Part shown: in pieces, positions 1 through 9,737 of the stretch
How positions within the stretch are numbered: position 1 is the first letter of the stretch
Layout of the letters: each line of letters starts with the position of its first letter
From: Candidatus Woesearchaeota archaeon
GTDB taxonomy: Archaea; Nanobdellota; Nanobdellia; SCGC-AAA011-G17; PNOQ01
Direction of reading: 5' to 3'
Length of the DNA: 64,000 nucleotides
Assembly (NCBI GenBank): GCA_964408705.1
Contig: CAYPAI010000001.1
Coordinates: 63,750 to 127,749, forward strand
Made by a program: the position numbers and the translations under genes
Notes under the pieces: model-generated
Databases searched by the model: none
What the model saw: the letters and a program-made list of their open reading frames with translations, nothing else
Told to the model about the DNA's origin: nothing

Positions 1-49
1 ACAAAAAAATAAAAAAAATAATCAAGAATCATGTTAAATTGGAGTTAAA

Positions 50-382
50 ATGGACAAAGAAAAAGGAATAGGAGTAGAGTTGAATACTTCCAAGGAAAAA
101 TTACAAGAACTTAGCCAAGAGTTAGTAAAACATAGGATTAAGGTTAGAGGAAGAGTTGTAACTGGAAAAGTTGTTTCAAAAGATACTCATGGGACTGCAA
201 AAATAGAGTGGTCAAGAATCCACCCCATTCCTAAGTATGAAAGATTTGAGTATAGGAAGTCTGGAGTAAAGGCACATATGCCAAAATGTTTGAATGTTGA
301 AGTTGGAGATCTTGTTAAGGCAATAGAGTGTAGGCCTATCAGTAAAACTAAAAAATTTGTAATAGTGGATAAAATAAAATGA
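50..382 (+). CDS. rps17: 30S ribosomal protein S17 (uS17)
   Basis: 110 aa; OB-fold S17 pattern (HRIKVRGRVVTGKVVS...VEVGDLV); sits at the position S17 holds in the archaeal spc cluster. Confidence 0.8.
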   Translation: MDKEKGIGVELNTSKEKLQELSQELVKHRIKVRGRVVTGKVVSKDTHGTAKIEWSRIHPIPKYERFEYRKSGVKAHMPKCLNVEVGDLVKAIECRPISKTKKFVIVDKIK

Positions 383-780
383 AAGCAATAAATGCAAAGA
401 TACCAAAATGTATAGTAAGAGGGTCAAAAATGGAAGTTTGTGATAACTCTGGTGCAAAGATAGCATATTTAGTTTCCGTGAAGGGTTCAAAAACTGTAAA
501 AGGAAGATATCCTTCCGCAGGAGTAGGAGATTTAGTTAAAGTTTCAATAATTAAAGGATCTCAAGATATAAGAAAACAACTTGTAGATGCTATAGTAGTT
601 AGACAAACCAAAGAGTATAAAAGACCAGATGGTACAAGAATCAAGTTTAACGATAATGCTGTAGTGGTCTGTAAGGATGAAAAAGGGAATCCTAAAGGTA
701 CAGTTTTTAAAGGACCTATTGCAAAAGAAGCAACTGAGAGGTGGGCAGCAGTTAGTAAAGTTGCAAAAATAGTAGTATAA
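379..780 (+). CDS. rpl14: 50S ribosomal protein L14 (uL14)
   Basis: 133 aa; typical L14 motifs (VCDNSGAK, GDLVKVSI); follows S17. Confidence 0.9.
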   Translation: MKAINAKIPKCIVRGSKMEVCDNSGAKIAYLVSVKGSKTVKGRYPSAGVGDLVKVSIIKGSQDIRKQLVDAIVVRQTKEYKRPDGTRIKFNDNAVVVCKDEKGNPKGTVFKGPIAKEATERWAAVSKVAKIVV

Positions 781-781
781 A

Positions 782-1162
782 ATGAAATCGATATTTTCAA
801 CAAGCTGGAAATCTAGTAAACAACCTAGAAAGCAACATAAATATGTACATAATGCTCCAAACCACATCAGAAAAAAATTGGTTTCAACAAACCTTTCAAA
901 GGAATTAAGAGAAAAATATGGTAAAAGGAATATTCCAATCAGAAAAGGAGATAAGGTAAAAGTTATGAGAGGGAAATTCAAGGGAAAGCTTGGAGAAGTT
1001 ATAAAAGTGGATTTAAAAAATCTAAAAGTTAATGTTGAAAAACTTGAATTATTAAAAAAAGATGGAAATAAGGCACCATGCCCCATATCTCCTTCAAATT
1101 TAATGATTACGGAAATAAAATTAGACGATAAAAAAAGAAAAAAATTATTGGAAAGGAAATAA
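782..1162 (+). CDS. rpl24: 50S ribosomal protein L24 (uL24)
   Basis: 126 aa; KOW motif (IRKGDKVKVMRGKFKGKLGEV); follows L14. Confidence 0.8.
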   Translation: MKSIFSTSWKSSKQPRKQHKYVHNAPNHIRKKLVSTNLSKELREKYGKRNIPIRKGDKVKVMRGKFKGKLGEVIKVDLKNLKVNVEKLELLKKDGNKAPCPISPSNLMITEIKLDDKKRKKLLERK

Positions 1163-1163
1163 A

Positions 1164-1865
1164 ATGGGAAAAAGTCATATAAAAAGATTAGCAGCACCTA
1201 AAACTTGGCCTATAAGTAGGAAGTCTAGCATGTGGGTATCAAGACCTACTACTGGAACACATAAGCTAAACATGTGTGTAGCCCTAGATGTTTTAATTAA
1301 AGAAATCTTAAAGATTTGTAAAACAACTAAAGAATTAAAATATGCATTAGCTAAAGAGCAGATCAAAGTAGATGGTGTATTAAGGAAGGATAAGAATTTC
1401 CCCGTAGGGATTATGGATGTGGTTCAAGTAAAAGATAAGTTTTATAGGATACTTTTTAACACAAATGGAAAAATAATGGCCATACCTATTAAAAAAGAAG
1501 AATCAAAAATAAAACCAAAGAAAATTATCAATAAAACCTCTTTGAAAGGGAAAAAGTTGCAAATCAATCTGTATGATGGCTCAAACCTTAACGACTATAA
1601 AAATAAAGTAAACACATATGATACCTTACTGTTTGAAGAGAATAAGATAAACAAAAAGATATCCTTTGAAGAAGGTGCATTTGTTTACATCACGGGTGGA
1701 AGCCAGATTGGTAAGAGTGGTATCTTAAAAAAAATAGAAAAGTCTAAAGATTTTCAACCTAAAAAGATAATATTTAATGATGGAACAAATGATTTTGAGA
1801 CATTGAAAGATCATGCTTTTGTTATCGGAAAATCTAAACCATTAATCAGCTTGTCAGATGAATAA
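1164..1865 (+). CDS. rps4e: 30S ribosomal protein S4e (eS4)
   Basis: 233 aa; N-terminus MGKSHIKRLAAPKTWPISRK is typical of S4e; follows L24. Confidence 0.85.
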   Translation: MGKSHIKRLAAPKTWPISRKSSMWVSRPTTGTHKLNMCVALDVLIKEILKICKTTKELKYALAKEQIKVDGVLRKDKNFPVGIMDVVQVKDKFYRILFNTNGKIMAIPIKKEESKIKPKKIINKTSLKGKKLQINLYDGSNLNDYKNKVNTYDTLLFEENKINKKISFEEGAFVYITGGSQIGKSGILKKIEKSKDFQPKKIIFNDGTNDFETLKDHAFVIGKSKPLISLSDE

Positions 1866-2373
1866 AATGAAAGATATTAGGATAGAGAAGATTACCCTAA
1901 ATATGGGAATGGGTGAAGCAGGAGACAAATTAAAAAAAGCAACAAAGCTACTTAATAAAATTTCAAATAAAAAACCCGTTTTAACTAAATCTTACAAAAG
2001 AATTCCTACGTGGGGAGTAAGGCCTGGCTTAGAGATAGGGGCAAAAGTTTCGGTTAGAGGAAAAGAGGCTAAAGAATTGTTTGAAAGATTGGCAAGTGCT
2101 ATAGATAAAAAAGTAAAACCTACTTCATTTGATAATCAGGGTAATTTTTCATTTGGAATCAAAGAGTATATCGATATTCCTGAAGTTGAGTATGATCCAG
2201 ATTTAGGTATAATTGGATTGGAAGTTGCAGTAACTTTAGAAAGAGCAGGATATAGAGTAAAAAAAAGAAAATATAATCGGGCTAAGATTGGTAAGTCCCA
2301 TATCATCACAAAGGAAGACTCAATAGATTATGTTCAAAATAATTTTGGAATAAAAATAGGCGGAGATGAATAA
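1858..2373 (+). CDS. rpl5: 50S ribosomal protein L5 (uL5)
   Basis: 171 aa; [12 protein letters not shown] and [15 protein letters not shown] motifs; cluster position. Confidence 0.85.
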   Translation: MNKMKDIRIEKITLNMGMGEAGDKLKKATKLLNKISNKKPVLTKSYKRIPTWGVRPGLEIGAKVSVRGKEAKELFERLASAIDKKVKPTSFDNQGNFSFGIKEYIDIPEVEYDPDLGIIGLEVAVTLERAGYRVKKRKYNRAKIGKSHIITKEDSIDYVQNNFGIKIGGDE

Positions 2374-2605
2374 ATTGACAACAAGCGACCATAGAAAGGC
2401 ATTCAAACAACTTAAAGCAAAACCTGCAAAATTAACTAAATTTATCAAACATAATAAGCCGAAAAAAAGAACTTGTGGTATTGCATTAAGGAAATGTAGA
2501 GAATGTGGGAGAAATGGTGCCCATATTCAAAAATATGGTCTTAAATTATGCAGGCAATGCTTCAGAGAAGTAGCTAAAAGTTTGGGATTCAAAAAATATA
2601 GTTGA
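2366..2605 (+). CDS. rps14: 30S ribosomal protein S14, zinc-binding type (uS14)
   Basis: C-terminal CxxC...CxxC ([25 protein letters not shown]). The ORF is longer than typical S14, so the true start may lie further inside. Confidence 0.75.
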   Translation: MNKLTTSDHRKAFKQLKAKPAKLTKFIKHNKPKKRTCGIALRKCRECGRNGAHIQKYGLKLCRQCFREVAKSLGFKKYS

Positions 2606-3006
2606 GGATAAAAATGGCATTAAATGATACACTAGCAAACGCAATGTCTCACATATTAAATTGTGAGAGAAAAAGTAAAACTTCATGTAATATAAAAAAC
2701 TCTTCAAGAGTTATTAAATCAGTTTTAACCATTCTTAAAAAAAATGGATATATTGAAGATTTTAAACCTGTTAAAACAGTAAGTGGAGAAGTTTTAGATG
2801 TAACTTTAAGTGGTTCAATCAATAACTGTGGAGTCATTAAACCTAGGTTCCCAGTTAAAAGAGGGGACTATGAAAAATTTGAAAAAAGATATCTTCCGGC
2901 GAGAGACTTTGGAATAATAATTGTTTCAACACCCAAGGGATTGATGATACATAATGAAGCAATAGATAATAAAACAGGGGGGAGATTAATCGCTTATTGC
3001 TACTAA
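2602..3006 (+). CDS. rps8: 30S ribosomal protein S8 (uS8)
   Basis: [21 protein letters not shown]-terminus and [10 protein letters not shown]-terminus are typical of S8. Confidence 0.85.
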   Translation: MRIKMALNDTLANAMSHILNCERKSKTSCNIKNSSRVIKSVLTILKKNGYIEDFKPVKTVSGEVLDVTLSGSINNCGVIKPRFPVKRGDYEKFEKRYLPARDFGIIIVSTPKGLMIHNEAIDNKTGGRLIAYCY

Positions 3007-3007
3007 A

Positions 3008-3553
3008 ATGTCAAAATTGAATATTAAAGATAGGATAACTATTCCTGATGGAATTGAAGTTGATATTGAAGAAACAACTATTTCAGTAAAAGGTCCTAAA
3101 GGAGAAATAACAAAAAGGTCGTTCTATCCAGGGTTAGAAATAAAAAAGGAAGATAAGGAAGTAGCTTTTGAAATAAGGAACGCATCTAAAAGAGAAAAAA
3201 TGATGATGAAAACTCTTGAAGCACACTTTAATAATATGTTAAAAGGTGTTATTGAAGGTTTTGAATATAAATTAAAAATTTGTTCAGGACATTTTCCAAT
3301 GACAGTAACTCTTCAATCAAATGAAATAGTAATAAAAAACTTCTTAGGCGAAAAAGTTATAAGAACTTCCAAAATCTTAGAGGGTGTTGATGTTAAAATA
3401 GAAAAAGATATAATAACGCTATCTGGAATAGACATAGAATCTGTTGGGCAAACTGCTGCAAACTTAGAAAGGTCTACTAAAATAAAAAATAGAGATAGAA
3501 GAAGATTCCAAGATGGGATATTTATTACTGAGAAATCTGGAGTAAAAATATGA
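3008..3553 (+). CDS. rpl6: 50S ribosomal protein L6 (uL6)
   Basis: 181 aa; two-repeat L6 pattern (ISVKGPKGEITKRSF); cluster position. Confidence 0.85.
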   Translation: MSKLNIKDRITIPDGIEVDIEETTISVKGPKGEITKRSFYPGLEIKKEDKEVAFEIRNASKREKMMMKTLEAHFNNMLKGVIEGFEYKLKICSGHFPMTVTLQSNEIVIKNFLGEKVIRTSKILEGVDVKIEKDIITLSGIDIESVGQTAANLERSTKIKNRDRRRFQDGIFITEKSGVKI

Positions 3554-4221
3554 AAGAATCCTTAAAAATAAGAAAGGAATTAAAATCAAGAAAACCTAAT
3601 TTTGTTAGAGGAGACTTTAATAAAGAAAAATCTAAAACAAGATCCAAATGGAAAAGACCAAGAGGCCTTCATAACAAAAGAAGATTAAAGAGAAAAGGAC
3701 ATCAAAAAAATCCGTCAGTAGGATTTAAATCGCCTAAAGAAGTTAGGAACTTAACAAAAAATGGATTAAAGCCTATCCATATCTATAATATTAATGATTT
3801 AAATAAAATAAAAGATAACACCTATCTTCCTATAATCTCTTCAAAAGTTGGCCTAAAAAATAAACTTGAAATTTTAGAAAAGTGTTTGTCTAATGGCATA
3901 GCTGTTTCAGCCATAAAGGATATTAAAAAGTTTATAGAAGAATCTAAAAACAAACTTAAGGATAAAAAAGAAGTTTCTAGGACGAGAATAGAAAAGAAGA
4001 AAAAAGAAGCTGAAGACTTAGCAAAGAAGAAAAAAGAAGCTGAAGACTTAGCAAAGAAGAAAAAAGATTCTTCAAAAGATAAACAAAAAAAAGTTGAAAA
4101 AGAAGTCCTGGGATCTAAACAAAAAAAAGAAAAGGCATTAGAAAAAAATTTAATTAAAAAAGACACAACTCAATCCAAAGGGGGCCATCAGGCAAGTAAT
4201 GTTCCTGGGACTAAACAATGA
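3550..4221 (+). CDS. rpl32e: 50S ribosomal protein L32e (eL32) with a long K/E-rich C-terminal extension
   Basis: The N-terminal ~130 aa match the L32e pattern (KFVRGDFNKEKSKTRSKWKRPRGLHNKRRLKRKG). The C-terminal ~90 aa are low-complexity K/E/A repeats (KKKKEAEDLA x2). Confidence 0.75.
   Translation: MKESLKIRKELKSRKPNFVRGDFNKEKSKTRSKWKRPRGLHNKRRLKRKGHQKNPSVGFKSPKEVRNLTKNGLKPIHIYNINDLNKIKDNTYLPIISSKVGLKNKLEILEKCLSNGIAVSAIKDIKKFIEESKNKLKDKKEVSRTRIEKKKKEAEDLAKKKKEAEDLAKKKKDSSKDKQKKVEKEVLGSKQKKEKALEKNLIKKDTTQSKGGHQASNVPGTKQ
3995..4068 (+). repeat. 30-bp tandem repeat (~2.5 copies) inside the rpl32e 3' extension
   Basis: aagaagaaaaaagaagctgaagacttagca occurs twice in tandem, followed by a partial third copy; it encodes KKKKEAEDLA repeats. 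Confidence 0.7.
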
Positions 4222-4676
4222 AACTAAACAAGCAAAAAAAACTTGCATCAAAAGTTTTCAAAAGAGGTATGAAGAGGATTAAATTTAACTCAGAAAAACT
4301 TGGAGATATAAAGGAAGCAATAACTAGATCAGATATTAGGGCACTAAGAATAACAAAAGCAATAATACCTACTCAAAAAAAATCTGTATCTAGATCAAAC
4401 GCAAGAAAGACCTTGAAACAGAAAAGAAAAGGTAGAAAAGTTGGAACTGGATCTAGGGAAGGTAAAAGCACTGCAAGATTATCTAAAAAAAGAAAATGGA
4501 TAAATAGAGTAAGGATCCAAAGGGAGTTTGTTAAAGAATTGAGAAACAAAAAGAAAGTTTCTTTACCTACTTACAGATCAATATATTCAAAAATTAAAGG
4601 AGGGTTTTTCAGAAGTAAAAACCACATAAAAACCTACTTAACTGAAAATAAATTATTTGAAAATGTCAAGCAATAA
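4218..4676 (+). CDS. rpl19e: 50S ribosomal protein L19e (eL19)
   Basis: 152 aa; basic, L19e-like N-terminus (KLNKQKKLASKVFKRGMKRIKF); cluster position. Confidence 0.8.
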   Translation: MKLNKQKKLASKVFKRGMKRIKFNSEKLGDIKEAITRSDIRALRITKAIIPTQKKSVSRSNARKTLKQKRKGRKVGTGSREGKSTARLSKKRKWINRVRIQREFVKELRNKKKVSLPTYRSIYSKIKGGFFRSKNHIKTYLTENKLFENVKQ

Positions 4677-5244
4677 AACCTATACTGTAAAAGTTAGAAG
4701 GAAAAGGGAAAGAAAGACTAACTATAGAAAGAGAGTTAAATATATCTCTTCAGGAAAAACCAGGATTGTTTTAAGAGTATCTAACAAAAATTTAAAAATA
4801 CAAGCAATAAACTTTGGCGAAAAAGGTGATATTTGTATTGGTGGAGTAAACTCTTTAGATCTTAAATCATTAGGTTGGAATGCCCCTACTGGAAATTTAT
4901 ATTCCTCATACCTTACAGGTTTACTTTTTGGATCTAAATTAAAATCAAAAATTAAAGAAGGGATAATTGATACTGGACTTAGGACAGTAAGAAAAAATAC
5001 AAGACTTTCTGCAGCAATAAAAGGCATAAGTGATTCTGGAATAGACATTCCTTTTTCAGAAGAAATATCCCCTTCTGAAAATAAACTCAATGGAGAGTTA
5101 ACTGCACAATATTCAAAAAAATTGAAATTAGAAAATGAAAATAAATTTAAATCACAATTTTCAAAATATTTAAAAGATGGAGTCAATCCTGAAGAAATAC
5201 CTAATTTATTTGAAAAAACTAGAAAAAAATTAATTGGAGCATAA
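4657..5244 (+). CDS. rpl18: 50S ribosomal protein L18 (uL18)
   Basis: 195 aa; RKRERKTNYRKR N-terminus and L18 fold pattern; precedes S5. Confidence 0.8.
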   Translation: MKMSSNKTYTVKVRRKRERKTNYRKRVKYISSGKTRIVLRVSNKNLKIQAINFGEKGDICIGGVNSLDLKSLGWNAPTGNLYSSYLTGLLFGSKLKSKIKEGIIDTGLRTVRKNTRLSAAIKGISDSGIDIPFSEEISPSENKLNGELTAQYSKKLKLENENKFKSQFSKYLKDGVNPEEIPNLFEKTRKKLIGA

Positions 5245-6006
5245 ATGGAACGAAGAAGAAAACCTAAATTTCAACATAAAAAACTTAGTGAAAAAGAAAG
5301 GCAAGCGGCAATTAGAGAAAGAGTTATCTCTGAGTGGGTTCCAAAAACAGAGTTAGGTAAAAAGGTAAAGTCAGGAGAAATAACAGAGATAGATAATGTA
5401 CTAGATAGTGGTATGAAAATTCTTGAACCACAAATAGTTGATGTATTATTACCCGATTTGGAATATGATTTGATTACAGTAGGGCAATCTAAAGGTAAGT
5501 TTGGGGGAGGCAAGAGGAGTATATGGAAGCAAACCCAGAAAAAAACTAGTGAAGGGAATAAACCTAAATTTTCAACTATTGCAATAGTTGGAAATAGAAA
5601 TGGTTATGTTGGCCTAGGAAGAGGTAAGGCTAAAGAGACTGTTCCTGCTAGGGAAAAAGCAATACGTAATGCTAAACTTAGTTTGATGAAATTAAGAAGA
5701 GGATGTGGTTCTTGGGAAGGTGTTCCTGGTACAAACTCAATTCCTTTTGAAACTCAGGGGAGATGTGGTTCCGTCAGGTTGAGATTGATTCCTGCACCTT
5801 CAGGAACAGGATTAGTTGCACATAAAGAAATACAAAAAATATTAAAATTTGCAGGAATCAAAGATGTGTATTCAAAAACAAAAGGTCAAACTAAGACTCA
5901 AATAAACTTAGTAAAGGCATGTATCCAAGCCTTCAAAAATCTAAATTCAATGAAAGTAAAAAAAGAAATGATAAGTGTTGTGGGATTGAAGGAAGGTAAA
6001 ATATGA
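5245..6006 (+). CDS. rps5: 30S ribosomal protein S5 (uS5)
   Basis: 253 aa; S5 dsRBD and C-terminal motifs (VGNRNGYVGLGRGKAKE, GSVRLRLIPAPSGTGLVA). Confidence 0.85.
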   Translation: MERRRKPKFQHKKLSEKERQAAIRERVISEWVPKTELGKKVKSGEITEIDNVLDSGMKILEPQIVDVLLPDLEYDLITVGQSKGKFGGGKRSIWKQTQKKTSEGNKPKFSTIAIVGNRNGYVGLGRGKAKETVPAREKAIRNAKLSLMKLRRGCGSWEGVPGTNSIPFETQGRCGSVRLRLIPAPSGTGLVAHKEIQKILKFAGIKDVYSKTKGQTKTQINLVKACIQAFKNLNSMKVKKEMISVVGLKEGKI

Positions 6007-6461
6007 CTAAGATTGCAATTATTAGGATAGCTGGAGAACAAGGGTTGAATAAGAAAGTTAAAAATACTTTTAAACTCTTAAACTTGCATAAAAAAAATTC
6101 TTGTATAATTATAACTTCTTCAGATTCTGTACAAGGGATGATTAATGTCATAAAAGATCATGCAACATGGGGAGAAGTTAATGATGCTACTATCAAGGAT
6201 CTTTTAGAAAAAAGGGGAAGACTTCCTGGTAAACAGAGATTAAGTGAAAAGTATGATAAAAAAGCTATTGAAGAGATGGCAAATAACCTAGAGGGAAGTA
6301 AAATAACAATAAAAGAAATTCCAGGATTAAAACCATTTTTTAGATTAAACCCACCAAGAAAGGGGTATGGTGCTAAAGGAACTAAAAAGCCTTTTTCATT
6401 AGGTGGTGCATTAGGATATAGAAAGGATAAAATAAATAATTTAATAAAAAATATGTTATAA
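6003..6461 (+). CDS. rpl30: 50S ribosomal protein L30 (uL30)
   Basis: 152 aa; L30-like N-terminus (IAIIRIAGEQGLNKKVKNTFKLLNL); follows S5. Confidence 0.8.
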   Translation: MTKIAIIRIAGEQGLNKKVKNTFKLLNLHKKNSCIIITSSDSVQGMINVIKDHATWGEVNDATIKDLLEKRGRLPGKQRLSEKYDKKAIEEMANNLEGSKITIKEIPGLKPFFRLNPPRKGYGAKGTKKPFSLGGALGYRKDKINNLIKNML

Positions 6462-6462
6462 A

Positions 6463-6882
6463 ATGTCAGTTAATAAAAGAAAAAAAAATACCAGAATGCG
6501 GGCAAAAACTACCCATGGATATGGTTCTATGAAAAAAAATCGTGGAGCAGGTAATCGAGGAGGAAGGGGTCTTGCTGGAACTGGTAAAAGGGCAGATCAG
6601 AAAAAACCAACTATTTTGAAAAATTATGGTTTAGCTTATTTTGGTAAAAAAGGTTTTAAAAATCAGAGGAGAGTAGGCATAAAAAGAAAGATATTAAACC
6701 TTGATCAATTAGACTTAACTAAAAAAGAAGGAGAGTTTTATGTTTTTGATGCATCTACTTATGATAAAATATTGGGAAAGGGCACCTTAAAAAATAAAAT
6801 AAAAATTAAATGTAAATCATTTTCAAAACTAGCAATTGATAAAATAGAAAAAGCTGGCGGAGAAGCTATAATATGTTCTTAA
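6463..6882 (+). CDS. rpl15: 50S ribosomal protein L15 (uL15)
   Basis: 139 aa; Gly/Arg-rich N-terminus (GAGNRGGRGLAGTGKR) typical of L15; precedes secY. Confidence 0.8.
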   Translation: MSVNKRKKNTRMRAKTTHGYGSMKKNRGAGNRGGRGLAGTGKRADQKKPTILKNYGLAYFGKKGFKNQRRVGIKRKILNLDQLDLTKKEGEFYVFDASTYDKILGKGTLKNKIKIKCKSFSKLAIDKIEKAGGEAIICS

Positions 6883-8315
6883 AAAATTTGATGGGGTACT
6901 TACCTGAAGTAATAGGGCCTAGTCATAAACCTTCATTTAATGAAAAATTAAAATGGTCAGGGATAATGTTATTTGCTTTTTTTGCATTATCAATGATCCC
7001 TCTTTTTGCATTAGGGGAGAACTCTCTTCAACAATTTGAACAATTATCTATAATTCTTGGTGCAAGTTTTGGTTCAATAATCTCTTTAGGTATTGGACCT
7101 ATTGTAACTGCATCTATCGTCCTTCAACTTTTAACAGGTTCCGGAATTTTAAATATTGATGTTTCATCTCCAGAAGGAAAAAAATATTTTCAAGGACTTC
7201 AAAAACTATTGGCAATATTCTTTATATTCTTAGAAGGGGCTATCTATGTCCTAATGGGAGGTTTAACTCCTGCAGTCACCTTATCTCCTTCATTGTTTAA
7301 GATGGCACAACTTGTACTTATATTCCAGTTATGTTTAGGAGGATTACTTGTACTTTTCATGGATGAAGTAATATCTAAATGGGGATTTGGGTCTGGAGTC
7401 AGTTTGTTTATTGCAGCAGGAGTGTCTCAGCAAATTTTTGTAAGGGCATTTTCTCCATTAACTCAGTTAGGTACAATGGCATTTGGTTCTGGAGAATCTC
7501 CAATCGGAAGTGTATGGGTTTTACTAAGTGCCATAATGAATGCCGATTTGTTAGGTGCAGCAATGCCTTTTTTCGCAATTCTCTTTACATTAATTGTGTT
7601 TGCATTAGCAGTTTACGCACAAGCAATGAAAGTAGAGATACCTTTATCTTTCGGTAGAGTTAGGGGCCATGGTATAAGATGGCCTTTAAGATTTATATAT
7701 ACTTCAAATATTCCAGTTATTTTGGTTGCTGCATTTATGGCAAATATTCAACTTTGGGCAAGATTGATGCAAAACAAGTCTGAGGGTAGTGCAGGAGTTA
7801 TGGCATGGCTATCTGAACATTTTTTTGGACACTTTGCAGGAAGTGTACCTATTTCAGGATTAGTTTATTGGACTTATCCTCCAAACTTGGTAGAATATTT
7901 CTTAAATAGTTCCATGTCAGGATCGTGGAGCTTAGAACCTTTAACTCAAGCTTTAGTATATACTTTATTTATGGTTTCTGGTGCAGTAGTATTCTCTATC
8001 TTTTGGGTACAAACTGCAGGAATGGATGCTAAATCTCAAGCTAAAAAGATTATGTCTTCAGGATTACAAATGCCAGGATTTAGAAGAGATCCAAGAGTAT
8101 TAGAAACTGTGCTAAACAGGTACATTGGCCCTTTGACTATAATGGGGGCAATTGCTGTAGGGGCGTTAGCTGCAATTGCGGACCTAAGCGGGTCTTTAGC
8201 TAGAGGAACAGGAATTCTTTTAGCAGTAATGATAATTTATAGACTATATGAAGAAGTTGCACAACAACATATGATGGATATGAATCCAGGATTAAGAAAA
8301 ATGATGGGAGGGTAA
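6873..8315 (+). CDS. secY: Preprotein translocase subunit SecY
   Basis: 480 aa; 10-TM protein with conserved SecY segments; holds the canonical position after L15. Confidence 0.9.
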   Translation: MFLKNLMGYLPEVIGPSHKPSFNEKLKWSGIMLFAFFALSMIPLFALGENSLQQFEQLSIILGASFGSIISLGIGPIVTASIVLQLLTGSGILNIDVSSPEGKKYFQGLQKLLAIFFIFLEGAIYVLMGGLTPAVTLSPSLFKMAQLVLIFQLCLGGLLVLFMDEVISKWGFGSGVSLFIAAGVSQQIFVRAFSPLTQLGTMAFGSGESPIGSVWVLLSAIMNADLLGAAMPFFAILFTLIVFALAVYAQAMKVEIPLSFGRVRGHGIRWPLRFIYTSNIPVILVAAFMANIQLWARLMQNKSEGSAGVMAWLSEHFFGHFAGSVPISGLVYWTYPPNLVEYFLNSSMSGSWSLEPLTQALVYTLFMVSGAVVFSIFWVQTAGMDAKSQAKKIMSSGLQMPGFRRDPRVLETVLNRYIGPLTIMGAIAVGALAAIADLSGSLARGTGILLAVMIIYRLYEEVAQQHMMDMNPGLRKMMGG

Positions 8316-8349
8316 CTCTTAAAAAGAAACAAACTTCCAAAAATTAACA

Positions 8350-8790
8350 ATGGTATTAGAAAATTTTTTTCAAAACACACTAGGATGGGCAATAGAATGG
8401 TCTCCATTAGGAGGATTATTCATAGTTAGTTTCATATTAACTCTCTTAGTAACACTAGTCTATAAGTATATGACAGATCAAGAGTTACTAAAATCGATAA
8501 AACAAGAAATGAAAGAAATTAGGAAAGAAATGAAACTATTTAAGGAAGACCCGACTAAGATGATGGAGTTACAAAAAATATCCATGGAAAAGTCAATGGT
8601 CCAAATGAAAAACACTTTTAAACCAATGCTCATTACATTTATTCCACTTATACTTGTGTTTGGCTGGCTTAGAGAAGTATATGCTACACTAGAAATAAGT
8701 TTTTTAGGGATGTCCAGTTGGTTACTGATATATATTATCTTTTCAGTAATCTTCAGCGCGACTTTAAGAAAAATTTTAAAGGTACACTAA
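8350..8790 (+). CDS. DUF106/EMC3/TMCO1-like (Oxa1 superfamily) membrane protein
   Basis: 146 aa; three TM helices with an amphipathic K/E-rich coiled loop. It occupies the slot held by the DUF106 gene in archaeal spc operons, but directly after secY with no adk and with no cmk before L34e. Confidence 0.45.
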   Translation: MVLENFFQNTLGWAIEWSPLGGLFIVSFILTLLVTLVYKYMTDQELLKSIKQEMKEIRKEMKLFKEDPTKMMELQKISMEKSMVQMKNTFKPMLITFIPLILVFGWLREVYATLEISFLGMSSWLLIYIIFSVIFSATLRKILKVH

Positions 8791-8791
8791 A

Positions 8792-9055
8792 ATGCCATCA
8801 GGAAAACATAAATCAAGAACATTAAGGAGAATTTTTGTAAGAACTATTAGTGGTAATGTCACTAAACACTTCAGAAAAAGAAAATTAAAAAGAAGCTCTT
8901 GCGGAACTTGTGGTACTGCCCTAAAAGGTGTACCTAATAAAATACAATCTAAGCTTAAAAATTTATCAAAAACTAAAAAAAGACCAGAACGTCCTTTTGG
9001 GGGCGTACTTTGTTCATCATGTATGAGGAAAAAAATAATTAAGCAGGTAGAATAA
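8792..9055 (+). CDS. rpl34e: 50S ribosomal protein L34e (eL34)
   Basis: 87 aa; N-terminus SGKHKSRTLRRIFVRT and a CxxC...CxxC zinc ribbon. Confidence 0.75.
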   Translation: MPSGKHKSRTLRRIFVRTISGNVTKHFRKRKLKRSSCGTCGTALKGVPNKIQSKLKNLSKTKKRPERPFGGVLCSSCMRKKIIKQVE

Positions 9056-9056
9056 A

Positions 9057-9332
9057 ATGTTTGAAGTAGGGAGAGTTTGTGTTAAAATTGCAGGACGTGA
9101 TGCAGGTAAAACTGCAGTAGTAGTAGATAATCTGTCAGAAGAAAATATCCTTATTGATGGTAATGTTAGGAGAAGGAAATGTAATGCTAAGCATTTAGAA
9201 CCTTTAAAAGATGTGCTTAAAATTAAAAAGGGTGCTTCAACAAGTGAAGTGCACAAGGCTATGCATGCCGCAAAAATTAAGGTTGAAACAAAAACTAAAA
9301 CTAGAAAAAATAAAGGTAAAACTAAAAAATGA
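9057..9332 (+). CDS. rpl14e: 50S ribosomal protein L14e (eL14), KOW domain
   Basis: 91 aa; EVGRVCVKIAGRDAGKTAVVVD KOW pattern; basic tail. Confidence 0.7.
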   Translation: MFEVGRVCVKIAGRDAGKTAVVVDNLSEENILIDGNVRRRKCNAKHLEPLKDVLKIKKGASTSEVHKAMHAAKIKVETKTKTRKNKGKTKK

Positions 9333-9700
9333 ACGAAAAAGAAAGATTTGCAGCATTAGAACAACAAATAATTCAACAAAATTTTATGAATTTAAAAAAC
9401 CAGCTTGCTACACTTAACATGCAAACTGAAGAATTGATGAAGATAAAGGAAGATTTAATCAGTATCAAAGATATTGAAAATAGGGAAACTTTTGTGCCAA
9501 TGGGTGCAGGGATATTTTTAGAATCTGAATTGAAAAAACCAAAAGAAGTAATATTAAACGTTGGTGCAAACGTTCTAGTAAAAAAAGACTTTGATTCTGC
9601 TAAAGATATACTAACTAAACAAATCGATGAATTAAGGAATATTAAATCTCAATTAGAAAATGAATTATCTAAGATGGAGATGGGTATTCTTTCATCATAA
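9329..9700 (+). CDS. pfdA: Prefoldin alpha subunit
   Basis: 123 aa; coiled coil flanking two beta-hairpin motifs (FVPMGAGIFLES and VILNVGANVLVKKD), which distinguishes the alpha from the beta subunit. Confidence 0.55.
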   Translation: MNEKERFAALEQQIIQQNFMNLKNQLATLNMQTEELMKIKEDLISIKDIENRETFVPMGAGIFLESELKKPKEVILNVGANVLVKKDFDSAKDILTKQIDELRNIKSQLENELSKMEMGILSS

Positions 9701-9737
9701 CACATAGCTTATTAAACAATATACTACTTCCTTTCTT

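Noticed and set aside
544-1197. 217-aa minus-strand ORF spanning rpl14-rpl24 (also 561..803, 3822..4166, 4722..5186, 5271..5513, 5933..6151 minus-strand ORFs)
   Set aside because: These lie antisense to well-supported ribosomal protein genes and are low-complexity Phe/Leu/Ser-rich translations typical of AT-rich antisense frames.
7379-7657. 92-aa ORF inside secY in another frame
   Set aside because: It is fully nested in the highly conserved secY coding sequence and has no independent support.
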